From a virus: a DNA stretch of 15,005 nt. The stretch spans positions 1 to 15,005 of IMG/VR virus record IMGVR_UViG_3300045988_129841; one strand, written 5' to 3'. Both the position numbers and the translations under genes were made by a program. Below, in pieces: positions 14,086 to 15,005 of this stretch (positions are counted from its first letter, which is position 1; each line of letters opens with the position of its first letter). The notes under the pieces are model-generated. The model did no database searches. It was given only the letters and a program-made list of their open reading frames with translations, and was not told the origin of the DNA.

Positions 14086-14652
14086 TTAATCCTCAAAAGG
14101 TATAGAATCTTTTTCAAGTGTCAAATATTCAAATTTACTTATCTTTCCTTGTTGATACTGTTTAAAAGCCGCTTGAATATCTTTTTCCGTGAATCCTTTT
14201 CCAAGTTTCGCGATATAATCATCAATTGCTATTGGGCTACCTACAGCCGCTTTCATTTTATCATACATGCCGGATTGCGCAAACTCGTAAAAATCGCGGT
14301 AATCTTCATCCGTCTGTAAATTGACCTTGTTAATTTCCGCGATTCTTTTTCCGTATTCAATGGCTTTCTCTTTGTAGCCGCGAAGCGTGGAAGTTTCCGA
14401 CTGTAAAAATTCCAAAACTTGAGAAAGTTCTTTTTCAAGATTCTTTTCGGTGGTTCGTTTTGAACTGGAAAAGAATTTCCGATTTTCGTCTTTTAAATAT
14501 TTATTCGCTTTTTTCACGGAAAGTGCAGACAAGTCTTGCGCTTTAAAATTCCGCAGACGTTTATTCGCAGTTTTCACAAGACTTTTCAAAAGTTCAACTT
14601 TTCCGTGTTCGTTAAAATCGTCAATTTCAATTGCGTTATAATCTCTTATCAT
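14086..14652 (-). CDS. Putative terminal protein (phi29 gp3 position)
   Basis: It is immediately upstream of, and translationally coupled to, the polymerase gene. The N-terminal basic helix LLKSLVKTANKRLRNFKA resembles phi29 TP YARLVKNTKAKIARTKKK. The C-terminal QYQQGKISKFEYL resembles EQYRRGDFDLSL. At 188 aa it is shorter than the 266-aa phi29 protein. Confidence 0.5.
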   Translation of the reverse strand: MIRDYNAIEIDDFNEHGKVELLKSLVKTANKRLRNFKAQDLSALSVKKANKYLKDENRKFFSSSKRTTEKNLEKELSQVLEFLQSETSTLRGYKEKAIEYGKRIAEINKVNLQTDEDYRDFYEFAQSGMYDKMKAAVGSPIAIDDYIAKLGKGFTEKDIQAAFKQYQQGKISKFEYLTLEKDSIPFED

Positions 14653-14669
14653 AAAATCACCTCATATAT

Positions 14670-14698
14670 ATTATAATACAGATTTCAGAAAAAAGCAA
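14670..14698 (-). promoter_or_regulatory. Early promoter for the terminal-protein/polymerase operon
   Basis: Minus strand reads TTGCTT (14698-14693), a 17-nt spacer, then TATAAT (14675-14670). The leader to the SD GAGGTGA is short. It lies just inside the right ITR. Confidence 0.65.
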
Positions 14699-14745
14699 GA
14701 CGGATATATTCGAACACAATTTCGAACATATGTTCTAAAACTCGG

Positions 14746-14766
14746 CTGTTCGCCGCCCGCGGACAG
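14746..14766. promoter_or_regulatory. Right-end copy of the GC-rich ITR-boundary hairpin
   Basis: Reverse complement of 240-260. It lies about 50 bp upstream of the -35 of the terminal-protein/polymerase promoter. Confidence 0.4.
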
Positions 14767-14944
14767 TCGAACGTTTGTTCTAATTTATTGTCAGAAATCT
14801 TTGTGAATTGTCAGAATATTCTGTAATTGGTGGTCGAAATCGAATATTTTCTGATAATTCATTGTCTAATTTGCACAAAATCTGTGCTGTTTTCAGATTA
14901 AAATTTGTTGGAATTGCCTATTGACTTTTCTAGTGATTTGTGCT

Positions 14945-14996
14945 AGTGTCCGTGTGTGGTGGACAAATGGGAAAAAGTGTCCGTGTGTGGTGGACA
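14945..14996. repeat. Mirror copies of the 21-bp terminal direct repeats in ITR-R (14945-14965 and 14976-14996)
   Basis: Reverse complement of 10-61. Confidence 0.8.
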
Positions 14997-15005
14997 TATT
15001 ACAGG

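Larger units (their letters stand above)
1..15005 (-). mobile_element. Complete linear genome of a small phi29-like (protein-primed, podovirus-type) phage; every gene is on the minus strand
   Basis: Perfect 265-bp inverted terminal repeats sit exactly at both window ends. The window holds a protein-primed type-B DNA polymerase and a full set of phi29-like replication, packaging, lysis and virion genes. No integrase or host genes are present. Confidence 0.85.
14741..15005. repeat. Right inverted terminal repeat (ITR-R), 265 bp, non-coding
   Basis: Exact reverse complement of 1-265. Confidence 0.95.

Noticed and set aside
14921-14949. Outward-facing promoter-like sequence in the ITR (TTGACT, 17 nt, TAGTGT) that could produce a roughly 50-nt run-off RNA over the terminal repeats, reminiscent of the end-directed phi29 pRNA transcript
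   Set aside because: The -10 hexamer matches only 3 of 6 positions. The product would be very short and has little predicted structure. I keep it only as a remote alternative pRNA locus.

Overview
The window appears to be one complete linear dsDNA genome of a small phi29-like, protein-primed podophage. It is bounded by perfect 265-bp inverted terminal repeats (1-265 is the reverse complement of 14741-15005). All 19 credible genes lie on the minus strand, tightly packed, and each is preceded by a Bacillota-type Shine-Dalgarno, often (T)AGAAAGAGAGG.

Reading the minus strand from 15005 to 1, the order is:
- early promoter, putative terminal protein, family-B protein-primed DNA polymerase
- strong promoter, then two orphan genes (64 aa, 130 aa)
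- p6-like dsDNA-binding protein, p5-like SSB, gp16-like packaging ATPase
- promoter, a 74-aa orphan, and a GC-rich structured 145-nt spacer
- holin, Amidase_3-SPOR endolysin, gp13-like tail lysozyme
- scaffold, major capsid protein with a C-terminal Ig-like domain, gp9-like tail knob, gp10-like portal, lower collar
- a 127-130-aa unknown, a tail fibre carrying an SGNH esterase domain, an intrinsic terminator
- a solo 84-aa gene with its own promoter, then the left ITR

Homology calls were made by eye against remembered phi29 proteins and catalytic motifs. No searches or computations were run.

Observations most worth follow-up:
- the ITR and origin architecture
- a roughly 20-bp palindrome (AAATGTTTCACGTGAAACATTT) recurring at three gene junctions
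- a triplicated promoter-leader cassette
- a GC-rich structured non-coding element next to the packaging and lysis genes
- a rearranged, single-strand gene layout relative to phi29
- an esterase-type receptor-binding protein

No tRNA, rRNA, CRISPR array, integrase or transposase is visible. The host is probably an AT-rich Bacillota (Clostridia-like) bacterium, judged from the SD sequences, the holin and endolysin types and the base composition.
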